Positions 62,173 to 64,000 of a DNA stretch of 64,000 nt are shown here, piece after piece. This DNA comes from Candidatus Latescibacterota bacterium (GTDB taxonomy: Bacteria > Latescibacterota > UBA2968 > UBA8231): assembly GCA_965242865.1 (NCBI GenBank), contig CBDETK010000013.1:4832001-4896000 (forward strand), written 5' to 3'. The notes under the pieces are model-generated. The model saw only the letters and a program-made list of their open reading frames with translations, had not been told where the DNA came from and ran no database searches. The position numbers were made by a program, and so were the translations under genes. Each line of letters opens with the position of its first letter. Positions within the stretch are counted from its first letter, which is position 1.

Positions 62173-63969
62173 TTATGGGCTGATTGACGCGGCCATCGTC
62201 CGCTGGGGCGCCGACTCGCCCGCTGGCTGCAAGTGAATGAAGGTCTTGAGAAACTCCCACTGCAAGGGGTGTAGAAAGCCGTACGGGTCTTGCTGGCTCG
62301 GCCAGCCAGTCCAGTAGGTCGTGTTGCAAGGATGGCGGACGATGAGCTGCGCCAAGAAGATGTCGGGCAATTCTCCCACCCAGATCTCCATGGCCGCGAC
62401 GAACAGTTCCAACAGCTCCTCATCGCCCACTTGCAGGGGCGCGATGCGCTCGACGATGCGGTCGAACTCCTCGTTGCGCCAGCGCGAGGGGGTTATCCAC
62501 AGCGGCACCCGCTGGCCGGTGGGCCGGAAGTATTGGGAGGTGTAGTAAGACAGCATCAGATGGGGATCCGTGCCGCGCACCCCGCTGGGGCCTTTGCAGC
62601 CGAGGGCCGCGGCCTGCTCTCCGGTCTGCACGAGCGAGGGCTGCCCGGGCTCAGCGCTCGCGTCGAAACCCGCGGCGCGCAACTGTTCAATTAGGGGCGG
62701 ACCATACGCTGACAGCCACTGCGTAAATATGGTGATCTGGAGCCGCTCGCCCTCCGCGTCGGTCCACAAGCCCTCGTCGTCTTTGCGATAGCCTTTTCCC
62801 GCCATGATCTGGTTCACCTCTGGCAGGTGCGGCTCGTCGCCGTACCCATGCCGAGCGAGGATTGCCTGCAGGGCCTCGTCAAACGGCGCGAACCATCTGT
62901 AGGGCGTGAAGGGATGCAGCGCGACCACGCCGGCCCCGGACTCGGCTAGCTGGACGAGTTTTTTCCGGTCGATAGCCATGCTGATCGCCCGGCGAATCTC
63001 CGGATCGTCAAAGGGCGGCTCCAAGCAATTCAGGTTGAGATCAATGGGGCACCAATCGAGATAGCCGTAGGGCGGTTGCCGACCGGAGAAGGTCACGACC
63101 CGCTCGTTGCGTTTTAGGACGCTTTCAATGCTGGGGACCTGCATGATGGGGGCTATGTCGAGCTGATCGGTCAGCAGCAGTTGCGCTGCTTGGCTCTCCT
63201 CCTGCTGGGGCACGTAGATGATCCGCTCGATCTTTGGCTGGGGTTTGAACCCGGTCTGAGCCGCCCACCAGTCGGGGCGCAGATCGTAGATTTTCTGCTC
63301 CGACGAAGCGTACACGAGCCGGTAAGGCCCCGTGCCGAGGGGCAGGCCGGCGTCGAGATCGTGGAAGGTGAACTCTAAGGGGTCTTGGTCTCGCCAGATG
63401 TGCTCGGGCAAGATGAAGACGCCGTGGTTGCTGCTCAGGGTGGTCGCCCAAAACGCCGGCCCCGCCTTTTTAAGCATCAGCCGCACCGTGTGGTCATCGA
63501 CGACTTCGGCGGAGTCGAAAAACTCGGGCAGATCGGCCAGATGGACCATGGACTCAGCGTGGTCGCGCAGCATGTTGAAGGTGAAGGCCACGTCCCGTGC
63601 AGTGAAGGGCTGTCCGTCCGCCCATTCAATGCCCTCGCGGAGCTTTACGGTGATCGCGGTTGCGTCGTCGTCGTATTCCCAATGCTCGGCCAGCCAGTTT
63701 TCGTGCTCCCCGGTGAGCACATTGTACATGATCAGCGGCTCAAACATGGCTGGCAGCGTACCCAAGTGGAATCCTGAGTCGGATCCGGGGATATAGGGGT
63801 TCTGATTGTCGAACAGGTAATACTGGCCCGAACCGCCGTGCATCACCATCAAGGTGCGGTCCCGGGGGACCTCCTCCAGCACCACCTCCGGCCCGCAGCC
63901 AGCCAACGCCGCGACCAGTAGGGGCCAGGACGCCCCAGCGCACGATACTTTCCTACCCATGCTCCACAT
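62173..63969 (-). CDS. ABC transporter solute-binding lipoprotein, family 5 (copy 2)
   Basis: Lipobox LAGC and the same motifs. Near-identical to copy 1 over long stretches. Confidence 0.92.
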   Translation of the reverse strand: MWSMGRKVSCAGASWPLLVAALAGCGPEVVLEEVPRDRTLMVMHGGSGQYYLFDNQNPYIPGSDSGFHLGTLPAMFEPLIMYNVLTGEHENWLAEHWEYDDDATAITVKLREGIEWADGQPFTARDVAFTFNMLRDHAESMVHLADLPEFFDSAEVVDDHTVRLMLKKAGPAFWATTLSSNHGVFILPEHIWRDQDPLEFTFHDLDAGLPLGTGPYRLVYASSEQKIYDLRPDWWAAQTGFKPQPKIERIIYVPQQEESQAAQLLLTDQLDIAPIMQVPSIESVLKRNERVVTFSGRQPPYGYLDWCPIDLNLNCLEPPFDDPEIRRAISMAIDRKKLVQLAESGAGVVALHPFTPYRWFAPFDEALQAILARHGYGDEPHLPEVNQIMAGKGYRKDDEGLWTDAEGERLQITIFTQWLSAYGPPLIEQLRAAGFDASAEPGQPSLVQTGEQAAALGCKGPSGVRGTDPHLMLSYYTSQYFRPTGQRVPLWITPSRWRNEEFDRIVERIAPLQVGDEELLELFVAAMEIWVGELPDIFLAQLIVRHPCNTTYWTGWPSQQDPYGFLHPLQWEFLKTFIHLQPAGESAPQRTMAASISP

Positions 63970-64000
63970 CGTTTACCTCTCTCCGTACGACAAGCCGGCG

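Overview
High-GC bacterial chromosome segment. The ankyrin arrays, atp gene order and FCB-type outer-membrane protein suggest an FCB-affiliated, possibly sponge-associated uncultured lineage; this is inference only. Bases 1-13.3 kb form an accessory, defence-like region. It holds a translationally coupled pair of dynamin-like GTPases, the second fused to at least 8 tandem ankyrin repeats and missing from the ORF track because it runs off the window. It also holds an IS982-like element inserted into a histidine-kinase remnant, an orphan HigB toxin, a decayed methyltransferase/NgoMIV-family R-M pair, an SNF2-SWIM helicase, and an intact C5 methyltransferase plus putative endonuclease. The remainder is mostly housekeeping: map, dnaE, pfk-pgk-tpiA-secG-tRNA-Leu, comF, an M16 peptidase, tRNA-Met, a peptidase/propeller/barrel protein, contiguous nqrABCDEFM and atp operons, a complete biotin cluster, panB, an AGCS symporter, and two tandem family-5 solute-binding proteins. 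Across the window CCWGG appears strongly depleted and its 5mC-deamination products (CCTAG/CTAGG/CCAAG/CTTGG) are abundant. All family calls come from motif recognition by eye, with no database searches.
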